A DNA stretch of 64,000 nucleotides from the IMG/VR virus record IMGVR_UViG_3300045988_165047; one strand, 5' to 3'. This document shows positions 40,918-50,785 of the stretch, piece by piece. The notes below the pieces were generated by a model. It saw nothing but the letters and a program-made list of their open reading frames with translations, had not been told where the DNA came from and searched no databases. The stretch is from a virus. Within the stretch, counting starts at the first letter, position 1. The number at the start of each line of letters is the position of its first letter. The position numbers were made by a program, and so were the translations under genes.

Positions 40918-40938
40918 TGCTTGGGATTTCTTTAGATG

Positions 40939-41118
40939 TTATTTCTTGAAGCCTTTCTCTAAGCGGTAGACTAAGTCCTCAGCTTCATTATGAAGGAGGT
41001 CCTTATAAAGAGTACGTTTTCGGACGAAGTCTCCCACCTGATAGAACTCCTCTATTTTATACCGCCCGTGTAGTTGTTTACGTATGCGGTAGTAGAGGAC
41101 TTTTCGGTTTTTGTTCAT
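40939..41118 (-). CDS. Possible 59-aa basic protein
   Basis: Not in the ORF track. My translation is MNKNRKVLYYRIRKQLHGRYKIEEFYQVGDFVRKRTLYKDLLHNEAEDLVYRLEKGFKK. The promoter-like element ends 3 nt before the ATG. Confidence 0.45.
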   Translation of the reverse strand: MNKNRKVLYYRIRKQLHGRYKIEEFYQVGDFVRKRTLYKDLLHNEAEDLVYRLEKGFKK

Positions 41119-41121
41119 ACA

Positions 41122-41153
41122 CTAATATAGGGGTAACTAATGAGACTTCCAAA
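41122..41153 (-). promoter_or_regulatory. Promoter-like ATTTGGAAGT...-N-TATATTAG (phage promoter class)
   Basis: The minus strand reads CCATTTGGAAGTCTCATTAGTTACCCCTATATTAG-TGT-ATG. TTTG and the -7 box are separated by 20 nt. Confidence 0.55.
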
Positions 41154-41167
41154 TGGCTTATTATGAG

Positions 41168-41530
41168 CTACTTGTCACTCTCAATGAGCCTTAGAAGGTG
41201 CTCAAAGTCATCGTTAGTCATTATCACGAGGGTGTCCTTAGACTTTTCAAAGTCCAGCATAAAGATGGGCATCTTCCTGCGGTCACACTTTTTTCGTAGC
41301 ATACGCCAATCAGCGAGCTTCAACGTGTACGATTCTTTAGAAGTGGTTTTAGCTTCCACCTCACAAAAATCAGAGATTACATCGTTCTGTCCAAGAGTAG
41401 CACCCGAGTTAATCGTAGCGTACCCTTTTAGCGATTTAGCGATACGGCTCTCTTGACGCTTTGACCTAGCACGTGTAGTTTCGCCATCAAGTTTAGCGAG
41501 GTACCCATAAGTTTTACCCTTCATAACCAA
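41168..41530 (-). CDS. PD-(D/E)XK nuclease, Hjc-like, copy 2
   Basis: QESRIAKSLKGYATINSGATLGQNDVISDFCEVEAKT has the same E...SG...D...ExK layout as 32995..33432. Confidence 0.55.
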   Translation of the reverse strand: MVMKGKTYGYLAKLDGETTRARSKRQESRIAKSLKGYATINSGATLGQNDVISDFCEVEAKTTSKESYTLKLADWRMLRKKCDRRKMPIFMLDFEKSKDTLVIMTNDDFEHLLRLIESDK

Positions 41531-41912
41531 ACTCCTTTAGTAGTTCATCTTCCCGAAGGTTCATAAGGTGGTCTTTCCACTTAGTGACCTTCTTAACTAA
41601 GGACGGCTCACTATGTCGGGTCATTTGGTCCAAGGCTAAATCTATCTCACGTTCCACAGCCTTGTGAATTGTTGGATAGACGAAAGAACCTCTCCATACC
41701 CCGTGACTAAGTCCCCAATTTTTGCAGGCTAGGGAAGACCCCGACCCCCAAACACCTTGTTTACGTGCGACACGTATTTCAAGGTGGAGGTCTCTACTAC
41801 GTATTTCAGTAGTTATGGGAGATAGTAAAACCCCGTAGGGGTTAAACTCTCCTCCAATATCCTTGGGGGTAAGTAAAACCACTACGGGGAACTCCGTGTT
41901 GTATGCGTTCAT
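41514..41912 (-). CDS. Hypothetical protein
   Basis: 132 aa, tiled. Confidence 0.6.
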   Translation of the reverse strand: MNAYNTEFPVVVLLTPKDIGGEFNPYGVLLSPITTEIRSRDLHLEIRVARKQGVWGSGSSLACKNWGLSHGVWRGSFVYPTIHKAVEREIDLALDQMTRHSEPSLVKKVTKWKDHLMNLREDELLKEFGYEG

Positions 41913-41913
41913 C

Positions 41914-42135
41914 TTATTCAGTTACATCGGGTCCACGAAAACCTAGATAGTAGCGAGCGTCTTGTAGAGTTCTAAAGGCTCTACCTTCTCGGTAAAACTT
42001 AGCGTCTACTAAGGGAGTTTCTCCCCAAGAGAGTTTAAGGATGGTCATACCATCATCGTCAATCCCCCAATAGGTTTCTCCGTTAGCAGGAAACTCTTGT
42101 AGAGGGGTTCCTATCTTTTCCTTGTCTAGTTCCAT
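41914..42135 (-). CDS. Hypothetical small protein
   Basis: 73 aa, tiled. Confidence 0.5.
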   Translation of the reverse strand: MELDKEKIGTPLQEFPANGETYWGIDDDGMTILKLSWGETPLVDAKFYREGRAFRTLQDARYYLGFRGPDVTE

Positions 42136-42143
42136 AGTTATTA

Positions 42144-43307
42144 CTAGTCTACGTCCGAATCCTCTAGGAGGGCATATACCTCCTCTTCAATATCCTTAAT
42201 CTGTTTGGTAGAGACAACCTCGGAAACGAAGTTTTCAATACCACTGACCTTGGTGTCCTTGTAGTAGTACCAAGCGCCTTTTCTCTCTACGATACCGAAG
42301 CGCATTGCTAGGTCAATTACCTGACCCTCTGCATCGGTAGTGTACGCCTTAGTAGCTCCGTAGTCAGTGAAGGCGTAGAAGAAGTTTGACCTTCTACCTG
42401 GACGACCACACTTGTTCTTGATACAATGGATAGAGATATTCTTCCCAACAGCGATGTCTCCTTCATCAGTCTTACCGACAATCTCCTTCAAGGGCTTGAA
42501 CTTTACAGATACCGACTTAGTGCGTTTCAGCTGTTCCCCGTTTCGTATCACCTCGGGGTCTCCGTAAGCAATACCCGTCTTTTGATAAGCGGAATTGATT
42601 ACGATAAGAGTAGCCTGCCCGTGAGGGTTTCTATTCATTGCAGACTGAAACTTTCGGAAGGCTTTGTTCCAGAAGCGAGCACCGCTAGCCATCTGTTGTT
42701 CCTCCATTGACTTTTCAACCTCGTCATCAGTACCGACTGCTGAGAGACTATCAAACACTACAAGCCCGATATTCTCATCACAGAGTAGTGCCTGCACAAT
42801 GTCTACCGCTTCAGTTAAGAGAGAGGTGCGGATGAGAATTAGCCCATCGTTGTCAATCCCGAAGCGTTCACCCCAATCGGGAGTGTAAGTACTCTCCAAG
42901 TCTACTAGAGCTACTCGGCGATATTCAGGCTCGTTCTCTGGTTTGTACCCCTTACGAAGAGTGTACCCGATAATCTCCTTGAAGCCTTCATCATCGTCAT
43001 CGGAGTACTCAAACTTAGAGAAAGCGTTAGGCTCGTTATTCGCCCAATCGTACCGCTGAAACCTTGCTATGGCATCGTAGGATAGATAGCTCTTAAGCGA
43101 ACCATTCTCTCCGTAATGCTCAATAACTCTACCAACGGGGAAGCCCCCATCAGTTACGTAGTTATAGGCAGGGACAGAGCTTCGTACCTTAATGCAGTCT
43201 GGGGTATGTGAGGCTGTGTGAATAACACCCTCCCCCATTACATCACGGAACTTCTTGAGTATTGCGCCGAGGCTAGTACCCTCAGCAGATTTCTTTTTCT
43301 TTGCCAT
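42144..43307 (-). CDS. UvsX/RecA-like recombinase
   Basis: P-loop HYGENGSLKS (compare UvsX-type GPSKSFKS) and Walker B LVVFDSLSAV. It has a RecA-core layout. Confidence 0.7.
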   Translation of the reverse strand: MAKKKKSAEGTSLGAILKKFRDVMGEGVIHTASHTPDCIKVRSSVPAYNYVTDGGFPVGRVIEHYGENGSLKSYLSYDAIARFQRYDWANNEPNAFSKFEYSDDDDEGFKEIIGYTLRKGYKPENEPEYRRVALVDLESTYTPDWGERFGIDNDGLILIRTSLLTEAVDIVQALLCDENIGLVVFDSLSAVGTDDEVEKSMEEQQMASGARFWNKAFRKFQSAMNRNPHGQATLIVINSAYQKTGIAYGDPEVIRNGEQLKRTKSVSVKFKPLKEIVGKTDEGDIAVGKNISIHCIKNKCGRPGRRSNFFYAFTDYGATKAYTTDAEGQVIDLAMRFGIVERKGAWYYYKDTKVSGIENFVSEVVSTKQIKDIEEEVYALLEDSDVD

Positions 43308-45154
43308 TACAGAATTAGTATGAGTGGGTCAAAAACTCTCTTAGAGTAGGAGGGTACATCATCTAGCTTAGCCTCCCACCAATTTTTAAGTATCTTCCCG
43401 TCTACGTCAAGAGGTACTTCTAACTTGATGGTGTTGCTCATCGCATCAATGATTATCTCTTCAGCGAGTAACATCTGGTCCTCCCTACATTCAAAGAGGA
43501 GTTCATCGTGAACCTGTAATAGGAAGTGACAATCAAGCCCCTCCTTTTTCAGTCGTTCAACTGCTCGGATAGTAGACACCTTTACGATGTCAGCACCCGT
43601 GCCTTGCACTTTCGTGTTCACAGCCTGACGCATAGCCGCATAGTACTTTCCCTTGTTCGTTGGTTTAAGTGCTTCGGGGAGTCTTCGCATTCTACCGAAC
43701 AGCGTGCGCACATATCCCTTAGCGGAAGCATCTTCTTCGGTAAAGTGCTTCCATTCAGCGAACCCCTTATAAGTGGTCATATAGTCCACCTGAATGATTT
43801 TGTTAGCGGTGGCTTCATCAACGTCAATGGTCTTGGCTAACTTACCACCGCCCATCCCGTACAGAACACCGAAGTTTACCACCTTAGCACCCTTACGAGT
43901 TATACCCAATCGTTCAGCTACGTCAGAGTGGGGGTCTCCTCCCGAACGGAACACCTCCAAGAAGTGGGGGTCCTTACTAAGGTGCGCCATAACACGAAGC
44001 TCTAGCTGAGAGTAGTCGTAGTTAATAAACACGTAACCTGGACGAGGGATGAATGCTTGACGAATAGGAAGGTCCTTGTTATTAGGCTGGTTCTGGAGGT
44101 TAGGGTTAGAACTACTTGCTCTACCCGTTTCAGTACCGCAACTATTGATGTCACCTCTAAGTACTGCGTGTTCGTCACACATACGAGGGATAGCCGTGAT
44201 ATATCCGCTTAGGAGTTTATTAAGCGTAGAGAACTCTTGCAGGCGTTCACCAATTTCGTACCCCATTTCAGCCCACGCTTCGTAGGTAGCTGCATCAGTA
44301 CTCGGCTCTCCCTTCTTAGTCTGCGATATTACGGGCAAACCCATCTTATCAAAGAACACCTCTTTCTTCTGTTTCGGGGAGTTCAGATTAAACACGCACC
44401 CTGTGGTCTCGTAGATGGAGTTCAGAGTTTCCTCTAGAAGTTGGTTTGCACGTTCCTCCATTTCACTAAGGAGGGGGATGTCTATGAGAACTCCTCTAAT
44501 CTTCGCATCACGTAAGATGGGTATCATAGGGAGTTCAATCCTATCGTGTATCTTCCACGCATAGGAATCCATAAGCGCAGAGTACTTCTTGAAGAGTTCG
44601 GTAGTCCAACGAGTATCTTCACCAGCATACCCAGCGAGTATCTCTAGAAGTTCGTCACCCTTAACACTCCAATTCACTTTGTCCCACGAGAGTCCCGTCA
44701 ATTCCTTGAACGTGGACTTCTCATAACCGAAGTCAGCCTTTACTCTTTGCTCTAGGTTTTTGTTTAGGCTAGGGTCGTACAGATGTATCATAACGAGGGT
44801 ATCTGCATACAGCGTATAAGAGCTGTCCTCAATACCATTCATTAGGTTTATCATCGTGTCAAACTTTGCATTGTGCGCAATCATTCTAAAGCGGTGAAGC
44901 TCTTCGTTGCACACATTAGCAATCTCGGTGATGGGAACACCCTTAGAGAAGAAAAAGTCTGTGGGGCAAAACACGCTATCGTGTCCATCAGAGTGTACCG
45001 ACAGACCTAAAGGTAGAGCATCGTAGCTAAGACCTGTTGTTTCCCAGTCAAAAGACACGATACTATCCGCCTTAATTCCTTTAAGGTAGTCACGAAGTTC
45101 AGACGAACTCTCAAGAAGTCTAACGACCCCTTTATAAACAGGTAGCTTTTTCAT
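43307..45154 (-). CDS. Family A DNA polymerase with a 3'-5' exonuclease domain
   Basis: ExoI VSFDWETTGL, motif A INYDYSQLELRVMAH, motif B RKGAKVVNFGVLYGMG, motif C LLQVHDELLFE. Confidence 0.95.
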   Translation of the reverse strand: MKKLPVYKGVVRLLESSSELRDYLKGIKADSIVSFDWETTGLSYDALPLGLSVHSDGHDSVFCPTDFFFSKGVPITEIANVCNEELHRFRMIAHNAKFDTMINLMNGIEDSSYTLYADTLVMIHLYDPSLNKNLEQRVKADFGYEKSTFKELTGLSWDKVNWSVKGDELLEILAGYAGEDTRWTTELFKKYSALMDSYAWKIHDRIELPMIPILRDAKIRGVLIDIPLLSEMEERANQLLEETLNSIYETTGCVFNLNSPKQKKEVFFDKMGLPVISQTKKGEPSTDAATYEAWAEMGYEIGERLQEFSTLNKLLSGYITAIPRMCDEHAVLRGDINSCGTETGRASSSNPNLQNQPNNKDLPIRQAFIPRPGYVFINYDYSQLELRVMAHLSKDPHFLEVFRSGGDPHSDVAERLGITRKGAKVVNFGVLYGMGGGKLAKTIDVDEATANKIIQVDYMTTYKGFAEWKHFTEEDASAKGYVRTLFGRMRRLPEALKPTNKGKYYAAMRQAVNTKVQGTGADIVKVSTIRAVERLKKEGLDCHFLLQVHDELLFECREDQMLLAEEIIIDAMSNTIKLEVPLDVDGKILKNWWEAKLDDVPSYSKRVFDPLILIL

Positions 45155-45170
45155 ATAGTAGTTTTACGAA

Positions 45171-45201
45171 GATAGGGGAAGCGTCTTAAGCCTCCCCTAT
45201 C
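45171..45201 (-). terminator. 9-bp stem-loop between the SSB and polymerase genes
   Basis: gatagggga-N13-tcccctatc. Its 3' arm overlaps a TATCTTCG -7-like box. Confidence 0.4.
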
Positions 45202-45210
45202 CATTAGTGG

Positions 45211-45915
45211 TTAGTCCTCGGTTTCGTAACCACGTTCATCTATCTCGTCATCGGAAGGTGGCTGACAGAGTTCTTCGCAGTCGGGGTACTTCTCCTTCCA
45301 ACGAACAGGCTTCATTGGGGAGTCGTCCTCCTCGGCACGCTCAAAGTTGTAGGTACTATCCTTCCCCGAACCCGAGCGAGTAACCTCAAGAACTAACTCG
45401 GAGAGGTCCTTACCCTTCTTGTCTACGTACTGCTTGAGAGCGTTTGCGATGACCGTCCCGACCTTCCAGATTTTTTCGTGAGGTTCATCGTTCTTGAAGC
45501 GCTTCTTATCCTTGTCCCAATTACCACGATAGTCAAGGAGTTTGAATGCCGCTCTCCACGTTTGTTTCACACCCTGCGAACACAGAGTGCAATGTCTTGA
45601 CGTGTTAAGCTGGCAGGGAACTACTTGCCAATTACCTCGCTTGTCCTTGACCTGATGTGCGTCAAAGCAATAAGGCTCGTCTTGAAGGAACTGAATAACT
45701 GCCGATTCACCTGGCTTCAACCAAAATTCTCGGCACTGATTTTCAAGTTCGCTCTTGCGCTCTTCCATCTCCGTTTGTCTTCGTGCAACGGCTCCCCACC
45801 CTTGTGAAGAACCACGCTTTTCTGACTTCGCACTGCGACGAGGAGTTACCTCTTCATCGTCATCGTCAAGGTCTGCGGAGCGACCTAACTTCTTACTCTT
45901 GAATTTACTAGGCAT
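45211..45915 (-). CDS. gp32-like single-stranded DNA-binding protein
   Basis: The Zn-site-like spacing FDAH-x13-C-x8-C-x2-C is comparable to the T4 gp32 His/Cys3 site. The C-terminal tail is acidic (DDEIDERGYETED). It sits among replication genes. Confidence 0.6.
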   Translation of the reverse strand: MPSKFKSKKLGRSADLDDDDEEVTPRRSAKSEKRGSSQGWGAVARRQTEMEERKSELENQCREFWLKPGESAVIQFLQDEPYCFDAHQVKDKRGNWQVVPCQLNTSRHCTLCSQGVKQTWRAAFKLLDYRGNWDKDKKRFKNDEPHEKIWKVGTVIANALKQYVDKKGKDLSELVLEVTRSGSGKDSTYNFERAEEDDSPMKPVRWKEKYPDCEELCQPPSDDEIDERGYETED

Positions 45916-45970
45916 ACTATTTTTTTGTTTAGTGTCATTGTATTGACATTATGAATATACGGAGAGCTAA

Positions 45971-46927
45971 CTAATAATCCAAATCGGTCTTGCGTGCTCG
46001 TACTTCTCGTAGAACCTCCTCTTTCATATCAAGGTACTCATCCCACTCTGTGGTCATAGTTAGCGAGTACTCAAGGTAGTCCGAGTAGTTGCTGAAAGCA
46101 CTTTCCCATTCAGATTTTTCTATGCAGTCTCCTGGGTCTTTAGTAGTATAAGGGACAAGACGAATCTCGGTGTGATTACGTAATAGCTCATACACAATCT
46201 CCGTGGCTCGTCTTCCTGCTAAGTCATTATCAAGGGCGAGATACACCCTTTCAAATTGAGCGAGTTGTTCTACCTGCCACGGACTAATATCTGCACCCAT
46301 TAGAGCGCACGCATTATATCCGTGTTGGTAAAGTCTCCACACATCAGACTGACCCTCCACAACCACTACGTAAGAGTAAGAGGTGTCCAAATTGTAGAGG
46401 TATTCCTTTTTGTTGAACCCTCTGCTATTTCGGACACCTCTCTCTGGGTAGTACCATCTTCGCTGGTAGCCTAATAGAGTTATGGGGGAATTGAAGTCCT
46501 TGTAGTAAGGTATCAATATCTCCCCATCATCAGTAAGCCCCACACGAAAATGTTTTAGTGTCTCCTTAGAGAAACCTTTCTTGAGAAACTCCTTCGGTAG
46601 TTTGTTAATGCTCCAAGAAATATCTAACTCAAACTCCTCCGATTTTTTGGTGTAGTCTCCAAGGCGAACCATACCGACCGCCTCAAAGTAGTTCACGTCA
46701 AATCTTCTTGTCAAAAGGGGAATTAGAGACCCCTTAGCACCACAGCTAAAGCAATGATAAGCGTTTATGCTGGGTGTAGCAAAGAATGACATCATACCGC
46801 TTCCGTCCTCGTGGTTTTCTCTAAATGGGCATTGCATTCTTATCTGCCCATTAGACATCAAGCGAGGAGAAAGCTCGGAGAAAATCTCTGTCAAGGTTCT
46901 CTCCGACTCTTTCCTCTTGGTAGGCAT
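45971..46927 (-). CDS. DnaG-like DNA primase (CHC2 zinc finger + TOPRIM)
   Basis: CPFRENHEDG...YHCFSCGAKG zinc finger. TOPRIM motifs VVVVEGQSDV and YLALDNDLAGR. Confidence 0.85.
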   Translation of the reverse strand: MPTKRKESERTLTEIFSELSPRLMSNGQIRMQCPFRENHEDGSGMMSFFATPSINAYHCFSCGAKGSLIPLLTRRFDVNYFEAVGMVRLGDYTKKSEEFELDISWSINKLPKEFLKKGFSKETLKHFRVGLTDDGEILIPYYKDFNSPITLLGYQRRWYYPERGVRNSRGFNKKEYLYNLDTSYSYVVVVEGQSDVWRLYQHGYNACALMGADISPWQVEQLAQFERVYLALDNDLAGRRATEIVYELLRNHTEIRLVPYTTKDPGDCIEKSEWESAFSNYSDYLEYSLTMTTEWDEYLDMKEEVLREVRARKTDLDY

Positions 46928-46929
46928 CG

Positions 46930-47178
46930 TTACTTGTCTCCTTCGTGTTCGGTGCTTTCAGGCTTTTCGTCCTGTTCGTCATCCTCCTTGGGAGCTTCGG
47001 GACCCTGTGCGGAGAACTTAATGCAGTGCATAGTGTGCTGTTTCTCAATAAGCTCTTGGATAGCTCTACCGAGAGTTACAGCAGGGGAGAACCCCATAGT
47101 CTGTACACTGATACGTGTGGCGAACTTGGTGGCTTCCTCAAAAGCCGACACCTCCATTGTTAGGTCATACTTGAGCAT
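46930..47178 (-). CDS. Hypothetical protein with an acidic C-terminus
   Basis: 82 aa, tiled. Confidence 0.5.
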   Translation of the reverse strand: MLKYDLTMEVSAFEEATKFATRISVQTMGFSPAVTLGRAIQELIEKQHTMHCIKFSAQGPEAPKEDDEQDEKPESTEHEGDK

Positions 47179-47181
47179 AAT

Positions 47182-47535
47182 CTACTTAGTTTTATCGTTT
47201 GACTTCTTGACCTCTGCGGTCATTTTTTCGGTTGCACTAACATTACGTGAAAGCCCTCTATACAGAGAAGCTCCCACTTGTTGCATCTTGGGCATAGAGC
47301 GTAAGAGTTCTTTAAGACCTCCGACAGCTCTGATTAGATACCCGCTATTTGCTACCACCGCATTGTACAATCTCAGTAAAGAGAACGTACAGATAGCGAG
47401 CAATAACAAGGCTACTCTACAATAGAAGTGGAATAGCTTGCCCTCAAAGTAGGGGAGGACCACCCACGTTAGTACTGAAAGGGCAACTGCAACAGCTCCT
47501 GCGATAGCCCATTTATAGCTACGACTACTTTCCAT
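47182..47535 (-). CDS. Membrane protein
   Basis: 117 aa with two or three hydrophobic helices. It overlaps the upstream ORF by 67 nt, so the start is uncertain. Confidence 0.5.
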   Translation of the reverse strand: MESSRSYKWAIAGAVAVALSVLTWVVLPYFEGKLFHFYCRVALLLLAICTFSLLRLYNAVVANSGYLIRAVGGLKELLRSMPKMQQVGASLYRGLSRNVSATEKMTAEVKKSNDKTK

Positions 47536-47888
47536 AGGTTGTTTCTTGAGTACATATTATGTGTCTTAGCGTCTAGCCTATGGTTATCAGCGATAACCTC
47601 TGCTATGGGCTTCTTAGCCTTCTCTATCCTATCAAGAAGAGTTTCCACCCAAGTTTCCACCGAGCGAGACTTCTTGATAAGTTGGTGTTCCTGCACCGCA
47701 TTTACCCGAGTTGATAACTCAATTATGCGGTCCATCTTGCCCTTTTCAAAAGAGCCGAGGACGAAAAACGAACCATCCACCTCAATCAACCTCTTTGAGT
47801 AAAAGGTACAGAGTGAGACAACGCCGTTTATTATCCTCTCAAAGGTGTACTCCGACTTATCTTGTCGGACAGAATAGTTAGAACTCAT
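47469..47888 (-). CDS. Hypothetical protein
   Basis: 139 aa. Confidence 0.55.
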   Translation of the reverse strand: MSSNYSVRQDKSEYTFERIINGVVSLCTFYSKRLIEVDGSFFVLGSFEKGKMDRIIELSTRVNAVQEHQLIKKSRSVETWVETLLDRIEKAKKPIAEVIADNHRLDAKTHNMYSRNNLWKVVVAINGLSQELLQLPFQY

Positions 47889-49158
47889 CTAATACCTCCT
47901 CAGTTATCTCGGGTTTATGTTTCTCCACGGGCTTCGTTATGGAGTGCACCATATTGGTAAGGTCGTTCTGGAAGGTAAGCGTTGTTCCTGCTGGAGCACG
48001 TCTACCTTTAACCACTTCAAGACCTACCAATTCGTTGTACTTCATATCAGCCGTTTGGAACATTCGTATAGCGATGTCCGAATCTTGTACGAACGAACTA
48101 CCATAAGCAAAGTCATCCTGACCATCAAGAGCGAATTTACTACCCGTTTTACCACTACCTCTACGGAGCTGTGTGGTGTTTATGATAGGTGTCTTAAAGC
48201 TCTTGGCAATTCGTTTCAAGTTTCGTGTGATGTAGGCTATCTTCTCCCACCCTTCGGTTTGTCGGCTTTCCATAAGGTAGGACCCGTCCAAGAACACTGC
48301 GCTCGGTTGGTAGATGCCTAAGAGTGTTGTAAGCTCATCAATAGACTGACAGCTGGGGACTATTCTAATCTTGGATGGGGTCTTCTCCAACCCTTCAAGA
48401 CCAGCATAGTAGCGTTTCTTCTCTCTAGAGGTTAATGAACCTCCGTTGAAACGTTCAAAGGGTAGGGAGAACCTTATGCAGTCCATCCGCTCCTTGATTT
48501 CGTCATCCGACATTTCGTTAGTGACGAACAGAATATCTCCATAGGTTTCACCCGTCTCCTTCTCCTTAGCAAGGACAACACGTTCCAATTCAAGAGCGAG
48601 GAACACGATACACCAAGTTTTACCTTGACCACTCTTACCACCTATGGTGATTAGGTCCTCCCTTCGGTACCCAAAGAAAACACTATCAAGGTCGTCCTGT
48701 CCCATACTAAGGTAGACAACACCGCCTGTTTTCTCTCGGTCCTCATACTCCGTCTTTCGCTTTTCAGTGTTTTCAGAGTAAAGGGTATCTCGTGACCCCG
48801 TAGTGTCACCACTGAGAGAAGATACTAACTCTTGTAAGTCAGAGAGTCTCTTGCGAGGTTCATCCCTAACGCCCTTTAGAAGTCGGGGAACCTCCTCCGA
48901 AATGGTGGCAAAGATGTAACGCTCTTGTAGTTTGGTGAGGTAGTGGGCTGGTTTAGCATCCACCTCAGAGGAGGACACCTTGAACTCTCTACAAAAGGTT
49001 CTTATACCTACGTGTTCACCAAACTCTTTGTAGTAGTCAAGAATAAACTTATGCTGTTTCAGCTCTACACCATCAAGCCACTTCTTGTTTATCGCAGAGA
49101 GTGTGCGACTATCTCTAGTTTTTAAGCACGCTATAAGTAGTTGTTCTCCGATTGTCAT
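47878..49158 (-). CDS. DnaB-like replicative helicase
   Basis: Walker A IGGKSGQGKTW within a RecA-like C-terminal domain. The N-terminal domain is helical. It is adjacent to the loader and primase. Confidence 0.8.
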   Translation of the reverse strand: MTIGEQLLIACLKTRDSRTLSAINKKWLDGVELKQHKFILDYYKEFGEHVGIRTFCREFKVSSSEVDAKPAHYLTKLQERYIFATISEEVPRLLKGVRDEPRKRLSDLQELVSSLSGDTTGSRDTLYSENTEKRKTEYEDREKTGGVVYLSMGQDDLDSVFFGYRREDLITIGGKSGQGKTWCIVFLALELERVVLAKEKETGETYGDILFVTNEMSDDEIKERMDCIRFSLPFERFNGGSLTSREKKRYYAGLEGLEKTPSKIRIVPSCQSIDELTTLLGIYQPSAVFLDGSYLMESRQTEGWEKIAYITRNLKRIAKSFKTPIINTTQLRRGSGKTGSKFALDGQDDFAYGSSFVQDSDIAIRMFQTADMKYNELVGLEVVKGRRAPAGTTLTFQNDLTNMVHSITKPVEKHKPEITEEVLDEF

Positions 49159-49817
49159 AGTATCTTCTTCTTGTTTCTTTCCTGAATAGCCCTACGATAA
49201 TCCTTTCCCCGAACGGGAACGGCAACAACCGCCTCTCGGAGAAGTGAAGCAACATCCTCAGTGAAAACCTTAGTGACGTTCTCGGGTGCAGTATTAGAAG
49301 CTATCCATATTGGTAGCTTCATCTGAACTCGGTAGCGAATGATTGACTCTATGGCACGCTTTACAACGTCTGGAAGGTAATTAGGCTCTCCCTCACGGGA
49401 AAGGTCCTTACCAAATTCATCAATACCCAAAAAGTCCACCGCTCTCAGAATATCGTAGAACTCCTTACGCTGTTCATCAGAGTACCAGCTAGCAGTAAAC
49501 TTATCTACTATCTCGTCAAGGGTGTAGTTTTGTACACTATACCCGAGAGAAAGTAGTGCCTTAAAAGAGCAGTTCAGTAGGTGCGACTTACCCGTCCCAT
49601 TTGCTCCATAAAGGTACAGCCCTATCCCGTCCTCTTTGTTATCAGTAGCGTTAAGGAGATACTTCTTGACAACCTTGAGAGCTTGTGGGTCGTTTGTGTA
49701 CTCATTCAGACGCTTATCGTGCCATCCAGATTTGATACCACAGCTGAGTAAGTATTCCGTCTTAGAAATCTCCTTGCTCATATTCTTCTTCTCGCATATA
49801 CTCCTTACTACCGCCAT
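49155..49817 (-). CDS. DnaC/IstB-like AAA+ helicase loader
   Basis: Walker A LYLYGANGTGKSHLL and Walker B-like FLGIDEFG. Alternative start at 49781 (MSKEISK). Confidence 0.75.
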   Translation of the reverse strand: MAVVRSICEKKNMSKEISKTEYLLSCGIKSGWHDKRLNEYTNDPQALKVVKKYLLNATDNKEDGIGLYLYGANGTGKSHLLNCSFKALLSLGYSVQNYTLDEIVDKFTASWYSDEQRKEFYDILRAVDFLGIDEFGKDLSREGEPNYLPDVVKRAIESIIRYRVQMKLPIWIASNTAPENVTKVFTEDVASLLREAVVAVPVRGKDYRRAIQERNKKKIL

Positions 49818-50523
49818 TACTCTTTAGACCACGAAGAACCTCGTCCTTCATTGTGGCGACATTGGTAATAGTAGGCAGTCCTTTTTTCCTGTATGTGTCG
49901 TAGTTTAGGGTTCCCTCAACTAGTAAACAGAAGGTGGTAGCTCTATCGTACGCCTTAAGCATATTGTTGGTCTGAAACGCCTCCACTTTATTGCGCAGGT
50001 TATAGACCTCACCACCTGTGTAAACTTCATAGAGGTACCCGTGAACCTCTGTTAGTTCAGAAGCTGTGATATTGTTGATACCTCTGTCAATGAGTTCCCC
50101 TATGCGCTCCTTGATAAAGCGACTACGAGATTTGACCTTTGCAGACTTTGACCTACCGAAAAGGTCAAGGGCGGTTTTAAGCACCCCTAAGCACTTATCA
50201 AGAAGGGAGCACTCACCCTCAAACGGGAAGAACTTCCTACCACGATACTCACCTACGTAGATACTATCTTCATCGGTAAATATCAACCCGTCATCGGTTA
50301 GTTCCTCTAAAGCTAGACGGACCTTACACCTATTAGGGTTCCTGTGGGCGAAGTCCTCAAAGGTTTCACATAAAGAGGCTATTGTGTAAGTGGACACCCC
50401 ATACTTAGTATCGTCCGTCCACTTAGGGGAAACATCGGAGAGGAGAACAACGTATAGGAATGTCTTAAAGTCCATAAGGTCCAGAAGGGAAGCACCCTCC
50501 TTAACCCTTAGTAAGGCGTTCAT
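49762..50523 (-). CDS. Hypothetical protein (possible replication initiator / wHTH)
   Basis: 253 aa. Its position upstream of the loader and the segment VRLALEELTDDGLIF suggest a winged helix. Weak evidence. Confidence 0.4.
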   Translation of the reverse strand: MNALLRVKEGASLLDLMDFKTFLYVVLLSDVSPKWTDDTKYGVSTYTIASLCETFEDFAHRNPNRCKVRLALEELTDDGLIFTDEDSIYVGEYRGRKFFPFEGECSLLDKCLGVLKTALDLFGRSKSAKVKSRSRFIKERIGELIDRGINNITASELTEVHGYLYEVYTGGEVYNLRNKVEAFQTNNMLKAYDRATTFCLLVEGTLNYDTYRKKGLPTITNVATMKDEVLRGLKSNGGSKEYMREEEYEQGDF

Positions 50524-50524
50524 A

Positions 50525-50785
50525 TTACTTGTCCTCTAACAGCTCTTTTACTTGCAGTTCAAGCTCCTCTGTGGTTATTCTATCAGCGATTTCTATGGTC
50601 TTGTTAATAGCGTCCACTTCCTCGGAGGTAGGGTTAATCGGAAGAGTAACCCCAACGGTAATCTTGGCACTTTCGTAGTTGCCGAGGTTCTTGGTAAGTG
50701 ACTTCTCGTAGTAAACCACGCACCCCTTATCTCGGAGTTCGGCAACAACCGCTGGGGAAGAACTTTTAGATTTGGGCTTAGGCAT
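50525..50785 (-). CDS. Hypothetical protein
   Basis: 86 aa, tiled. Confidence 0.5.
   Translation of the reverse strand: MPKPKSKSSSPAVVAELRDKGCVVYYEKSLTKNLGNYESAKITVGVTLPINPTSEEVDAINKTIEIADRITTEELELQVKELLEDK

Noticed and set aside
42144-43307. An apparently degenerate Walker A (GENGSLKS, lacking the Gly before Lys) in the RecA-like protein, suggesting an inactive ATPase.
   Set aside because: T4 UvsX-type recombinases naturally have this kind of P-loop (GPSKSFKS, as I recall it). The deviation is therefore family-typical rather than a sign of inactivation.
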